DNA of 64,000 nt. It comes from an uncultured Gammaproteobacteria bacterium. Lineage in GTDB: Bacteria; Pseudomonadota; Gammaproteobacteria; GCA-001735895. This document shows positions 31,341-40,756 of the stretch, piece after piece. Location of the stretch: NCBI GenBank assembly GCA_947259485.1, contig CAMYLU010000001.1, positions 140,281 through 204,280 of the forward strand. Direction: 5' to 3'. The position numbers were made by a program, and so were the translations under genes. Under the pieces are notes generated by a model. It worked only from the letters and a program-made list of their open reading frames with translations. It ran no database searches and was not told where the DNA came from. The first letter of the stretch is position 1. Each line of letters begins with the position of its first letter.

Positions 31341-32867
31341 TTATTTCAACACCGGCATTGTAAACTCAGCGTCGAGCCCGCTATCCAGCCAGCGGGAAGT
31401 CACGGTTTTAACCTTGGTGTAAAAACGTAATGCTTCCATGCCATATTGGTTGTGGTCACCAAAAGCCGAAGATTTCCAGCCGCCAAAACTGTGGAAAGCC
31501 AACGGTACCGGGATCGGTACGTTAATTCCGACCATACCAACTTCGACCTTGTCGGCAAAGGTCCGTGCAGCGGCCCCGTTTTTAGTGAAAATAGAAGTGC
31601 CGTTGCCGTAAGGATGATCGGTAGCCAGTGCAGCCCCCTCTTCAAACGAGCCAACGCGCATGATTTGCAGCACCGGGCCAAAAATTTCTTCCTGGTATGA
31701 CTGCATTTCGGGGGTGACATTGTCGATTAGTGAACCGCCCAGAAAGAAGCCATTCTCGTGGCCGTCACAGACGAAATCGCGACCGTCGACGACGAGACGA
31801 GAGCCTTCGTCCTCGGCCATCTGGATATAGTTCATTACCTTTTCGCGGTGCTCTTTAGTCACCAGTGGTCCCATTTCGAGGTTGGTATCAAGGCTGGCAC
31901 CAATGCGCAGTGCCTCGACGCGTGGTTTTAAAATATCGATTAACTGGTCGGCAACCTCGTCGCCGACACAGACACCGACCGAAATAGCCATGCAGCGTTC
32001 GCCAGCGGAACCATAAGCCGCACCCATCAGTGCGTTGGCGACATCCTCGAGGTCTGCATCGGGCAGGATCAGCATGTGGTTCTTGGCACCTCCCATGGCC
32101 TGGCAACGTTTGCCGTTTGCGGTGGCGGTGGCGTAAACATATTTCGCGATCGGGGTCGATCCGACGAAGCTGATCGCCTTGACACGCGCGTCGTTGAGCA
32201 GGGTATCGACGGCTTCCTTGTCTCCGTTGATCACGTTAAAGACACCTGCGGGAGCGCCCGCTTCGATGAACAGTTCTGCCAGCCGGATCGGGCAGGAAGG
32301 ATCTTTTTCCGAGGGTTTCAGCACCACGGTGTTACCGGTAATCAACGCCATACCCGCCATCCACAACGGAATCATCGCGGGAAAATTAAACGGGGTGATG
32401 CCGGCGACTACTCCCAGCGGCTTGCGCATCGAATAGATATCGATACCACGCGCCACGTTGTCGGAAAACTCGCCCTTTTGAGCGTGGGGTGCGCCACAGG
32501 CAAACTCGGCTACTTCGATCCCGCGCAATACCGATCCCATCGCATCTTCGATGACCTTGCCGTGTTCGGTTGACACCAGAGAGGCCAGTTCATGCTGGTG
32601 CTTGTAGAGTAACTGCACGTAGCGCGCCATGATTCTTGAACGCTGCAGCACAGAAGTCGCAGCCCAGTCGGGAAAGGCTGCCTCGGCAGCGGCTATCGCG
32701 ACCTCGACCTCCGCTTTCGATGCCAATGGAACATCGCTGATTTTCACGCCCCTGCTTGGATTGAAAATATCACCAAACCGCCCGCTAGTGCCGGCGATAT
32801 GTTCGCCATTGATATAGTGACTTAACTGCGTGATTTCTGAGGATACGGCTTCAGCTGGCTGGCTCAT
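31341..32867 (-). CDS. mmsA: Methylmalonate-semialdehyde dehydrogenase (CoA-acylating)
   Basis: 508 aa. ALDH fold with ITPFNFPAMIPLWM and catalytic AGERCMA, both characteristic of MMSDH. Confidence 0.85.
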   Translation of the reverse strand: MSQPAEAVSSEITQLSHYINGEHIAGTSGRFGDIFNPSRGVKISDVPLASKAEVEVAIAAAEAAFPDWAATSVLQRSRIMARYVQLLYKHQHELASLVSTEHGKVIEDAMGSVLRGIEVAEFACGAPHAQKGEFSDNVARGIDIYSMRKPLGVVAGITPFNFPAMIPLWMAGMALITGNTVVLKPSEKDPSCPIRLAELFIEAGAPAGVFNVINGDKEAVDTLLNDARVKAISFVGSTPIAKYVYATATANGKRCQAMGGAKNHMLILPDADLEDVANALMGAAYGSAGERCMAISVGVCVGDEVADQLIDILKPRVEALRIGASLDTNLEMGPLVTKEHREKVMNYIQMAEDEGSRLVVDGRDFVCDGHENGFFLGGSLIDNVTPEMQSYQEEIFGPVLQIMRVGSFEEGAALATDHPYGNGTSIFTKNGAAARTFADKVEVGMVGINVPIPVPLAFHSFGGWKSSAFGDHNQYGMEALRFYTKVKTVTSRWLDSGLDAEFTMPVLK

Positions 32868-32936
32868 GGTGTCTCCGCTAAGGGCAAAATCAATAAAGGG
32901 CGGACATTATAGACAAGATATTTCTGCAAAAGAAGG

Positions 32937-34808
32937 TTAAAGACGCGCGCCGCGAAGCTGCAATACGCTCTGTTGCAGCAGTTCTGGCCTGGCATCGATG
33001 GCATCGATGGCATCGCCCGCGATCAACTCGATACGACTCAACATGCCACGCGGAAGCAGGCGGGTCATCGCGTTGCCATATGCCCGGCTGAAAAAACTCC
33101 CCCATAGTCCACGCAGTGCCAGCGGTATAACTGTTACCGGGTCGCGCTGCAGGATACGGGTGATGCCGGGTTTAAAGGGGCCCATTTCGCCGCTTTCGGT
33201 AATCTTGCCCTCGGGAAATATGCACACCAGTTCACCTTGTTGCAATGCGTTACTAACCTTGTCGAAGGCGCGTTCCATCATGTCTTTATCCTCGTGCTCT
33301 GCCGCTATTGGAATTGCATTTGCAGTTTTGAAAATAAAAGACAGAACCGGTAATTCAAATATCTGGTAATACATGATGAAGCGTATCGGGCGCCGGATGC
33401 AGCCGGCCAGAACCAGTGCGTCGATAAAGCTCACATGGTTACAGATAAGCACGGCCGGTCCGTCATCGGGAATCTGCTCGAGCCCGGTTTTCTTGACCCG
33501 GTACAGCGTGTGGACCAGCAACCATACCAACAGGCGCATAATGAACTCGGGCACCAGCATGAAGATGAATAATGTGACCGCTGCGTTCATAAATGCCAGG
33601 ATCAAAAACAGCGTTGGAATCGAAATCCCGGCAGACAGCGCAAACAGGCCGTAGAGCGAAGCCGCAACCATAAACAGGGCATTCAGTACATTGTTAGCCG
33701 CTATGATGCGGGAGCGTTTGTTGGGTTTGCTGCGTTGCTGCACCAGTGCATAAAGAGGCACGATGTAAATACCGCCGGAGATCCCCAGCATGACAATGTC
33801 AAAGCATACGCGGAGACTGGAACCCTGTGCCAGGAACTCTGCCGGACCGATCAGGCTGTCACTGGATGACAGGCCCTGGTTGAAGTAGAGGTCGATGCCA
33901 AAAAGCGTCAGACCCAGCGCCCCAATAGGTACCAGGCCGATTTCGACGATGCGGCCAGAAAGACGCTCGCAGAGGAAGGAACCGGCACCGATGCCGATTG
34001 AAAACATCGCCAGTAACAAGATATAAACCTGTTCATTTGCACCAAGTTCGTAGCGAACAAAATTGGGCAGCTGGGTAATGTAGGTAATACCGATAAACCA
34101 GAACCATGAAATACCCATGACCGAGTAAAACACGGTCAAATTTTCGCGTGCATCGCGCAGAATGCTGAGGGTTTGCTTGGGAATATTAAAGCTGATCTTG
34201 AGTTCCGGGTCCCCCGCAGCAAGTAGTGGAATGCCGCGACTTGCCCAGTAACCGGCACAGGCCGTAAACACTACAGCGATGGCAATCGCCGCATGGCCCA
34301 GGCCAATCACGTAGACGCTCACGATTAATCCCATCAGGATCGCGATAAAGGTCCCGAACTCGACCATTGCATTTCCACCCACCAATTCAGCAGGTTTTAA
34401 TGCCTGCGGCAGCAAGCTATATTTGACCGGACCGAACAGGGCTGACTGGGTTCCCATTAAAAATAGAATCGCTACCAGTAGTTCCGGACTTTGCAACACG
34501 AAAGCGATTCCCCCCAGCAGCATTATCATGATTTCAAGTAACTTGATACGCCGGATTAGCATTGATTTTTCGAGCTTGTCAGCAAGCTGCCCTGCAATGG
34601 GTGAAAACAGGAAAAAAGGAAGAATGAACAAACCGGCGGCGATATTTACCAGGGTATTACTTTGCTGCTGGGAAACGCTTGCTGCCTGAAACGCAATGAA
34701 AATCGTTAACCCGTTTTTATAAAGGTTATCGTTGAAGGCACCCAGCAACTGGGTCAGAAAGAATGGCCGGAATCGGCGGGTTGACAATAGCTTGATTGAG
34801 TCAGGCAT
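32937..34808 (-). CDS. Fusion of an MFS lysophospholipid-transporter-like domain (LplT-like) with a PlsC/Aas-type acyltransferase domain
   Basis: N-terminus MPDSIKLLSTRRFRPFFLTQLLGAFNDNLYKN followed by about 12 TM helices. C-terminal acyltransferase H-x4-D motif CNHVSFIDALVL and FPEGKIT. The track start at 34886 adds 26 aa; the ATG at 34808 is preferred. Confidence 0.8.
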   Translation of the reverse strand: MPDSIKLLSTRRFRPFFLTQLLGAFNDNLYKNGLTIFIAFQAASVSQQQSNTLVNIAAGLFILPFFLFSPIAGQLADKLEKSMLIRRIKLLEIMIMLLGGIAFVLQSPELLVAILFLMGTQSALFGPVKYSLLPQALKPAELVGGNAMVEFGTFIAILMGLIVSVYVIGLGHAAIAIAVVFTACAGYWASRGIPLLAAGDPELKISFNIPKQTLSILRDARENLTVFYSVMGISWFWFIGITYITQLPNFVRYELGANEQVYILLLAMFSIGIGAGSFLCERLSGRIVEIGLVPIGALGLTLFGIDLYFNQGLSSSDSLIGPAEFLAQGSSLRVCFDIVMLGISGGIYIVPLYALVQQRSKPNKRSRIIAANNVLNALFMVAASLYGLFALSAGISIPTLFLILAFMNAAVTLFIFMLVPEFIMRLLVWLLVHTLYRVKKTGLEQIPDDGPAVLICNHVSFIDALVLAGCIRRPIRFIMYYQIFELPVLSFIFKTANAIPIAAEHEDKDMMERAFDKVSNALQQGELVCIFPEGKITESGEMGPFKPGITRILQRDPVTVIPLALRGLWGSFFSRAYGNAMTRLLPRGMLSRIELIAGDAIDAIDARPELLQQSVLQLRGARL

Positions 34809-35100
34809 GGCGAGCTCGAGAGTTGCCATGAAGGCTAAAAGAATGTGTTGCCAAGCGCAATTAATTCCGTCCTGAAGGATGTTCAAAATTTGCCAGGGAA
34901 TCTGGGGAATATCCTAAATCAGTGCCGCAATAGCTTGCAGCGATAAAAATCCCGGTAATAGCGTTACCTAATCGGCCCTGTGCCATTGAATCCCGACATT
35001 CCCGACGGGTGCTTTTTATATGCAATCGAAGCAGAAAATCCTGCACGAATGGACTATAAGACACCAAACAGCTGGGTAGTTATAAAAAAGCGAAGCTTGA

Positions 35101-37632
35101 ATGCCATCGATTAAGTCTCTATTGCGCCGCGACTGGTTTATCGGACTGGTCATTACAATCTTGTTCCTGTACCTCGCAGAGGCAGGCTGGATGGCTGCGC
35201 TCGATCGCCAGGCTTATAATTTTGGAGCGAAGTTTTCTGCGGCTAAAGAGCCGCACGAAGATATCGTAGTAGTTGCCATTGATGACAAATCGATACAGGC
35301 ACTCGGAGCGTGGCCCTGGTCGCGCGAGGTACTGGCTAAAACCACGCGTCTACTGTCCAGGGCAAAGCCCTCTGTCATGGGTTTTACGATGCCATTCGAC
35401 ACGGGTCAGCACGGTGCCGGATTGTCTTCGTTGGCCGGGTTGCGCGCCATCCTCAGTAAAGAGAAAAAACTCAGCAAGCGGGTTAACAAGGCTCTAAGAA
35501 GGGCTGAGGTGAACCTGCATGGCGATAAGAACCTCGCCAGCAGTTTTAAATCTGGCGGTCGAATCGTCCTCGCGATGCCCTATACCCCTACCGAAAAACC
35601 ATTGACGGGACTAAGTTCTTCGCTACCCCAATACATGCAAAAATTTGCTTTACCCAAGGTTAGTGCAAATGGAGGTAGTCGCGGTTTCGGCTGGCCATCG
35701 CCGAAAATTAACCGGGCTTCAGAAATCTCCCCGCCCATTGAACTATTGGCAAAGCAGGCGGGTGGGATTGGTGTAATCAGCCTTGTCGAACCGTTCAACG
35801 GTGAACCGTTGATCGTACAATACGGCAGCGATTATCTGCCATCGTTTTCACTAATGCTGGCAGCTCGCAGTAAAGGTATGTCAGTGCAGCATATCGAATC
35901 CAGGGCCAGTGCCAGGCCGATGCTCGGCGGTGATGATCTTGGTGCGGACATAAACTTCGGCATCTACCCGCGCTTTTATAAAGACAAGGATGGTAAATCG
36001 GCTTTCAAGATATACTCGTTAATTGATGTTCTTAACGGAGGTGTGGCCACGGATGTTTTTCGTGACAAGATTATTATCGTTGGATTGACGTCACCAGGCA
36101 TTGCGCAGCCGCGTTTGACACCCACGGGACAGGCGATTTCATCGACAGTGGCTATCGCCCATACGGTCTCAAGTCTGCTCAACAATGAACAATACCGTTT
36201 GCCGGACTGGGCCGGCTGGGCACAGCGTGGAATTATTGTCGTGGTCGGACTTTACCTGATGCTGGTAATGGGTCGTTTTCGCCCCAACACCGCATTTTTT
36301 TTAAGCCTGTTTCTGATACTAATGATTTTCAATGCGCATTTTATGCTGATGAGCTCGCAGTCGTTATGGTTGCCGATGATGTCCGCGGTGGCCATGTTAA
36401 TCGTTGGGCATTTGATACTGGGAACGCGGCAGTCGGTGAATGCACGTTTAAGCCTGGTGCGGGGCGAGCTGTCGACTGCAAATCGTCTACTCGGGCAGTC
36501 GTTGCATGCGCAGGGAAACCTGGACCAGGCCTTTGCAAAGTATCGCAGCTGCCGGGCAGATGAATCACTGCTTGGACAGGTTTACAACCTGGGTCTTGAC
36601 TATGAACGCAAGCGGCAACATAACAAAGCGGCGGCAGTCTTCAAGTTTATCTTTGAGCACGATGCCAAGTTCAGCGACGTAAGTGAGCGCATACAGCAAA
36701 ACGAAAACGCGGCCAATGCGGTGGTTCTCGGCAGTCGAGACCCAACTGGTCCCGGTCCGAATCTGATTTCTGGTGCAGATACACTGGAGAAGCCGAAACT
36801 GGGTCGCTACCGTATCGAAAGTGAAATCGGTCGCGGTGCGATGGGAATGGTTTATCTCGGCCAGGACGACAAGATCGGCCGTACCGTGGCAATCAAGACG
36901 ATGTTGCTATCGGATGAGATAGAAGACGAAATGCGCGATGAGGTTCGCACCCGTTTTTTTCGTGAAGCAGAGGCCGCTGGAAGGCTTGATCATCCCGGTA
37001 TCGTTACTGTTTACGACGTCGGGGACGAGCAGGATCTAGCCTATATCGCGATGGATTATCTCAAGGGCAAGGACCTGACAGCATACACCAGTCCCAAAAC
37101 ACTGCTGCCGGTAAGCGAGGTATTTAACATCATTATCAACGTTGCGACGGCACTAGATTATGCCCACCAGCAGCATGTCGTGCATCGAGATATCAAGCCG
37201 GCGAACATCATTTACGATGACGAAAAACGCGTTGCCAAGATAACCGATTTTGGCGTTGCCTGTCTCACCGACGCGAGCAAAACCAAAACCGGCACCGTAA
37301 TCGGCAGCCCCTATTACATGTCGCCCGAACAGCTTGCCGGCAAGAAAGTAGATGGCCGCGCAGACCTTTTTTCACTAGGGGTGATGATGTTCCAGATGCT
37401 ATGTGGTGAATTACCATTCAAGGGCGATTCAATCGCCAGCCTGATGTATAACATCGCCAATGAGAGGCATCCCGACATCCGGCGTTTTCGTTCCGACCTG
37501 CCGAACTGTGTCAATAACCTGATTGACAGGATACTGGAAAAAGAAGCGCAGCAGCGTTTTGAAAGCGGCCAGGAAATGGCAGATACAATGAAACTTTGCC
37601 AGGAGCATATCCGCGAGATGGAAGCCGCCTGA
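35101..37632 (+). CDS. CHASE2 sensor domain - TM - TPR-like linker - Hanks-type Ser/Thr protein kinase
   Basis: 843 aa. N-terminal TM helix plus a periplasmic CHASE2-like region (VVVAIDDKSIQALGAWPWSR). A TM cluster lies around aa 370-440. Kinase motifs: GRGAMGMV, VAIK, HRDIKPANII, DFGVA, YMSPEQ. Confidence 0.8.
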   Translation: MPSIKSLLRRDWFIGLVITILFLYLAEAGWMAALDRQAYNFGAKFSAAKEPHEDIVVVAIDDKSIQALGAWPWSREVLAKTTRLLSRAKPSVMGFTMPFDTGQHGAGLSSLAGLRAILSKEKKLSKRVNKALRRAEVNLHGDKNLASSFKSGGRIVLAMPYTPTEKPLTGLSSSLPQYMQKFALPKVSANGGSRGFGWPSPKINRASEISPPIELLAKQAGGIGVISLVEPFNGEPLIVQYGSDYLPSFSLMLAARSKGMSVQHIESRASARPMLGGDDLGADINFGIYPRFYKDKDGKSAFKIYSLIDVLNGGVATDVFRDKIIIVGLTSPGIAQPRLTPTGQAISSTVAIAHTVSSLLNNEQYRLPDWAGWAQRGIIVVVGLYLMLVMGRFRPNTAFFLSLFLILMIFNAHFMLMSSQSLWLPMMSAVAMLIVGHLILGTRQSVNARLSLVRGELSTANRLLGQSLHAQGNLDQAFAKYRSCRADESLLGQVYNLGLDYERKRQHNKAAAVFKFIFEHDAKFSDVSERIQQNENAANAVVLGSRDPTGPGPNLISGADTLEKPKLGRYRIESEIGRGAMGMVYLGQDDKIGRTVAIKTMLLSDEIEDEMRDEVRTRFFREAEAAGRLDHPGIVTVYDVGDEQDLAYIAMDYLKGKDLTAYTSPKTLLPVSEVFNIIINVATALDYAHQQHVVHRDIKPANIIYDDEKRVAKITDFGVACLTDASKTKTGTVIGSPYYMSPEQLAGKKVDGRADLFSLGVMMFQMLCGELPFKGDSIASLMYNIANERHPDIRRFRSDLPNCVNNLIDRILEKEAQQRFESGQEMADTMKLCQEHIREMEAA

Positions 37633-37651
37633 GGTTACCCTGCAGGTTCAA

Positions 37652-39079
37652 TTAGACCAATGCCTTGAAGCGTGCCAGCGCTCTCTGGCGGGTTGTTTTT
37701 AAATCAAGAATTGGCGCCGGGTAGTCTGTGCCGAGCTTGATCCCCGCAGCAGCTAAAACCTCTTCACTCGCTTCCCAGGGTTTGTGCCGAAACCTGGCTG
37801 GAAGACCTGCGAGTTCAGGGCAGAATCGAAGCAGGTATTCCCCCTCAGGGTCAAATTTTTCACTTTGTAATACCGGGTTGAAGATTCGAAAGTAGGGCGC
37901 AGCGTCGGCACCGGACCCGGCACACCACTGCCAGCTTGCGGCATTACTGGCGAGGTCTGCATCTACCAGGCAATCCCAGAACCAGTTTTCACCGATACGC
38001 CAGTGAACGAGCATATTCTTAATCAGGAATGAAGCAACAATCATCCTGACGCGATTATGCATGTACCCGGTTTGCCAGAGCTCGCGCATCCCGGCATCGA
38101 TAATTGGAAACCCGGTACGGCCCTCGCGCCAGGCTTGTAAACCTGTCGGCTTATCAAGCCACTGGAAACCATCAAACTTGCTATTGAAGTTCTGTTGCGG
38201 AAGCCCGGGGTAGTGATACAGCAAGTGGTAAGAAAACTCTCGCCAGGCGATTTCGCGTAAGAAATGGGCGGGTCCGTCACCATCATCATGCATGCGTGAG
38301 TGATCGATCTGGTGCCAGATCTGGTGCGGAGATATTTCGCCAAAATGCAGGTGCGGCGAGAGCCTGGAAGTTGCGTCGAGCGCGGGGAAATCCCTTCCAC
38401 GTTTGTAATCGGTAAGGGTATTCTGCCAGAAGGCATCGAATTTTTGAGCTGCCGCGCTTTCGCCGATTTGCCAATGGCTGCTCAGTGACTGATGCCAGCA
38501 GGCCGATGGCAATAGTTCGAGGTCATCGATCGATTCGCTGTTTTTAATGTCAAGGTTACACCATTGAACCTGTTCGGCTGGTGCTAGCGGTTGGCGTGGC
38601 GGTGGTGATGACAGGCAACCTTTCTGGTAAAACGGTGTGAAAACCCGGTAGGGGGTGCCGTCTTTCTTGCTGATGTCCCAGGGCTCCCATAACAGCGCAG
38701 CGTTGAAACTGCGGGTCTGGATATCTCCCGCGATCAGGTCCGCCTTTATTTGGGCGTCGCGTTTTATGCGCCAGGGCTCGTAGCAGCGATTCCAGAAAAC
38801 TCCTTCCAGTGGCAAACTCGCGGCGAGTTGTGCGATGACTTCACGCGCGTCGCCCCTGAAAATTCTGAGCCTGCCGTCAAGTGCAAGATTCAGTGCGTTC
38901 AACGAATGATGTAACCAAATCCTGCTCGCCGCACCCATCGCCCAATCTGCCGCGTTAACATCGTCCAGGATATAAATCGGCAGCACTTCGCCAGCCGCGG
39001 CCGCGGCGTTTAGCGCCGGGTTATCCGAGATTCTAAGGTCCTGGCGAAACCAGGCTATGGCGACGGGTTTTGTAGTCAA
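37652..39079 (-). CDS. phrB: Deoxyribodipyrimidine (CPD) photolyase
   Basis: 475 aa. N-terminus AIAWFRQDLRISDNPAL; FAD-binding region TGFPIIDAGMRELWQTGYMHNRVRMIVASFL; WQWCAGSGADAAPYFRIFNP. Confidence 0.93.
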   Translation of the reverse strand: MTTKPVAIAWFRQDLRISDNPALNAAAAAGEVLPIYILDDVNAADWAMGAASRIWLHHSLNALNLALDGRLRIFRGDAREVIAQLAASLPLEGVFWNRCYEPWRIKRDAQIKADLIAGDIQTRSFNAALLWEPWDISKKDGTPYRVFTPFYQKGCLSSPPPRQPLAPAEQVQWCNLDIKNSESIDDLELLPSACWHQSLSSHWQIGESAAAQKFDAFWQNTLTDYKRGRDFPALDATSRLSPHLHFGEISPHQIWHQIDHSRMHDDGDGPAHFLREIAWREFSYHLLYHYPGLPQQNFNSKFDGFQWLDKPTGLQAWREGRTGFPIIDAGMRELWQTGYMHNRVRMIVASFLIKNMLVHWRIGENWFWDCLVDADLASNAASWQWCAGSGADAAPYFRIFNPVLQSEKFDPEGEYLLRFCPELAGLPARFRHKPWEASEEVLAAAGIKLGTDYPAPILDLKTTRQRALARFKALV

Positions 39080-39102
39080 AACTGAGTAAAGATTTGTTGG
39101 CG

Positions 39103-40062
39103 CTAGAGTGAATTAAGCAGCATGAGCTCGTCGGGATGCGGCTGCATGTAGTACGAGCGCTCGATGTATTGATTGGGATTACGGCGAAAGTGATGCCGCA
39201 ACAGGGTAATCGGAACAATCAGCGGCAGCAGCCCCAGGCGATAATTTTCTATACAGTTGCTCAATTCCTGCTTGTCGCTTTTATCAAGCTCCCGCTTCAG
39301 GTAACCGCGTACATGTTCAAGCACGTTAACGTGGTTCGATCGTTTTGCAAAAATTCTAAGAATGCTCATCATCTGTGCAAGATAGCGGGGTGCGTATTCC
39401 TCGATTGGGCCCTGATGCGCAGCCGAGAGCTCACGCCCCAGTTTACGTCCCAGGTCCTGGTTGTGACTATAGAGTATTAGCTTGTGGCGAGCATGAAAGT
39501 CGGTTAATGCCGCCCAGTCGAGCCCCGAGTGGATCATCTTATGCCAGCGCTGGTAGATGAAAACTCGTTTGACAAAGCTTTCGCGCAACACCGGATCGCC
39601 GAGACGACCCTCTTCCTCGACTGGCAGCGCCGGGAAGTTCTGCATCAGGGTTTCGGTATAGAGCCCGATGCCGCTGCGTTGCGGCTGGTCTTTATGGTAA
39701 ACCTTTACCCGCTCCATGCCGCAGCTGGGCGAATCTTTCTTGACGATGTAGCCGAATATCTTTTGTTGCCATGATTTCTGGTCATGGGAAATCTGGATCA
39801 GTGCCTGGGTGACGTTGAGTTCGGTATTCTTGTTGCCAACCGCCTCGGTCTTGCCCGCAACATCAACCAGGCGAATGGTTTCTCTCGGGACACCGAGCCC
39901 GATCGCCATTTCGGGGCAAAACGGGCGAAAACTGAAGTATTGGCCGAGTGTATCGAGAATGTAGCGGTTTTGTTTATGGCCGCCATCGAAGCGAACCTTC
40001 TCTCCGATCAGACAGCTGCTGATACCCAGCGGAATTTTTTCATGCCCGTCAGCGACGGGCAT
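39103..40062 (-). CDS. DUF523 (TudS-like) - DUF1722 (YbgA-like) fusion protein
   Basis: 319 aa. The N-terminal half has three spaced Cys (C17 in ISSCLIG, C49 in PFCPEM, C114 in SPSCGM), as in the [4Fe-4S] DUF523 family. The C-terminal half is YbgA-like. It sits directly upstream of phrB, as ybgA-phr does in E. coli. Confidence 0.75.
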   Translation of the reverse strand: MPVADGHEKIPLGISSCLIGEKVRFDGGHKQNRYILDTLGQYFSFRPFCPEMAIGLGVPRETIRLVDVAGKTEAVGNKNTELNVTQALIQISHDQKSWQQKIFGYIVKKDSPSCGMERVKVYHKDQPQRSGIGLYTETLMQNFPALPVEEEGRLGDPVLRESFVKRVFIYQRWHKMIHSGLDWAALTDFHARHKLILYSHNQDLGRKLGRELSAAHQGPIEEYAPRYLAQMMSILRIFAKRSNHVNVLEHVRGYLKRELDKSDKQELSNCIENYRLGLLPLIVPITLLRHHFRRNPNQYIERSYYMQPHPDELMLLNSL

Positions 40063-40091
40063 GGTTTTCTGGTGTTTGTTGGGGCGCGGGA

Positions 40092-40754
40092 TCAGGCATA
40101 ACCGCGACGGATAAACGGGTTAAGCAATCGATGCAGGAATCCGGTGAACTGAATCGGGCCCTCGGTGACCGCGAGGCAAATGCATTCGCGATCCTGGGTG
40201 GCGACAGGCGTGTGCTGGTCCTTCTCGTCTCTGACGAGGAAGTCACCCTGACCGTAAAGACCGGATTCATCGGAAAAGCTGCCCTCGAGGATTACCGTGT
40301 ACTCGTCACCCATGTGGGTATGCGTCGTCGCAGAACCACCGGGTTTGATTTTCAGCAATTCAACCTTGGCGCCATTGCTGTCGCGGCACAGCTCGGCGCT
40401 GTGAATGTCGGCAGAGACACGCTTCCAGTCCAGATCATCGTAACCCTTGTCGATAAACTGGTGCAGGCAACGTGGCACCCGGGAATCGACCTCACGGGGT
40501 TGTTCTTGCGCAAGATCCTGCGGCAATGAATCAAGCATGCCAAGCAGCTTGTTCTTAAGCTCGTCCGATGCCTTCGCAGGCTTCAGCTGCTGCATCAGTT
40601 CGCTGCCGACGTGATTAAGTTGTTGCAGCCGCTGCCCGCAGCTGTGGCAGTGTTCCAGGTGTGCCGAGATGCACAATGCCTGGCTTAATGGCAGGCTACC
40701 CGCAGAGTAGGCGGCCAGTAATTCGTCATAGGGATGGTTGTTTGATTGATCCAT
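40092..40754 (-). CDS. chrR: Anti-sigma factor ChrR (zinc-binding ZAS N-domain plus cupin C-domain)
   Basis: 220 aa. H7 plus H32-x3-C36-x2-C39 (AHLEHCHSCG) closely parallels the Zn ligands I recall for R. sphaeroides ChrR. Cupin motif HTHMGDEYTVILEGSF. Its start is 2 nt after the sigma-gene stop. Confidence 0.88.
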   Translation of the reverse strand: MDQSNNHPYDELLAAYSAGSLPLSQALCISAHLEHCHSCGQRLQQLNHVGSELMQQLKPAKASDELKNKLLGMLDSLPQDLAQEQPREVDSRVPRCLHQFIDKGYDDLDWKRVSADIHSAELCRDSNGAKVELLKIKPGGSATTHTHMGDEYTVILEGSFSDESGLYGQGDFLVRDEKDQHTPVATQDRECICLAVTEGPIQFTGFLHRLLNPFIRRGYA

Positions 40755-40756
40755 GG

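Noticed and set aside
40069-40094. GGATCA word at the chrR 3' end as a possible internal ECF promoter for the DUF523-phrB genes
   Set aside because: The position 16 nt away reads CTGG, not TACG, so the motif is incomplete. Co-transcription from the sigma promoter is the simpler model.
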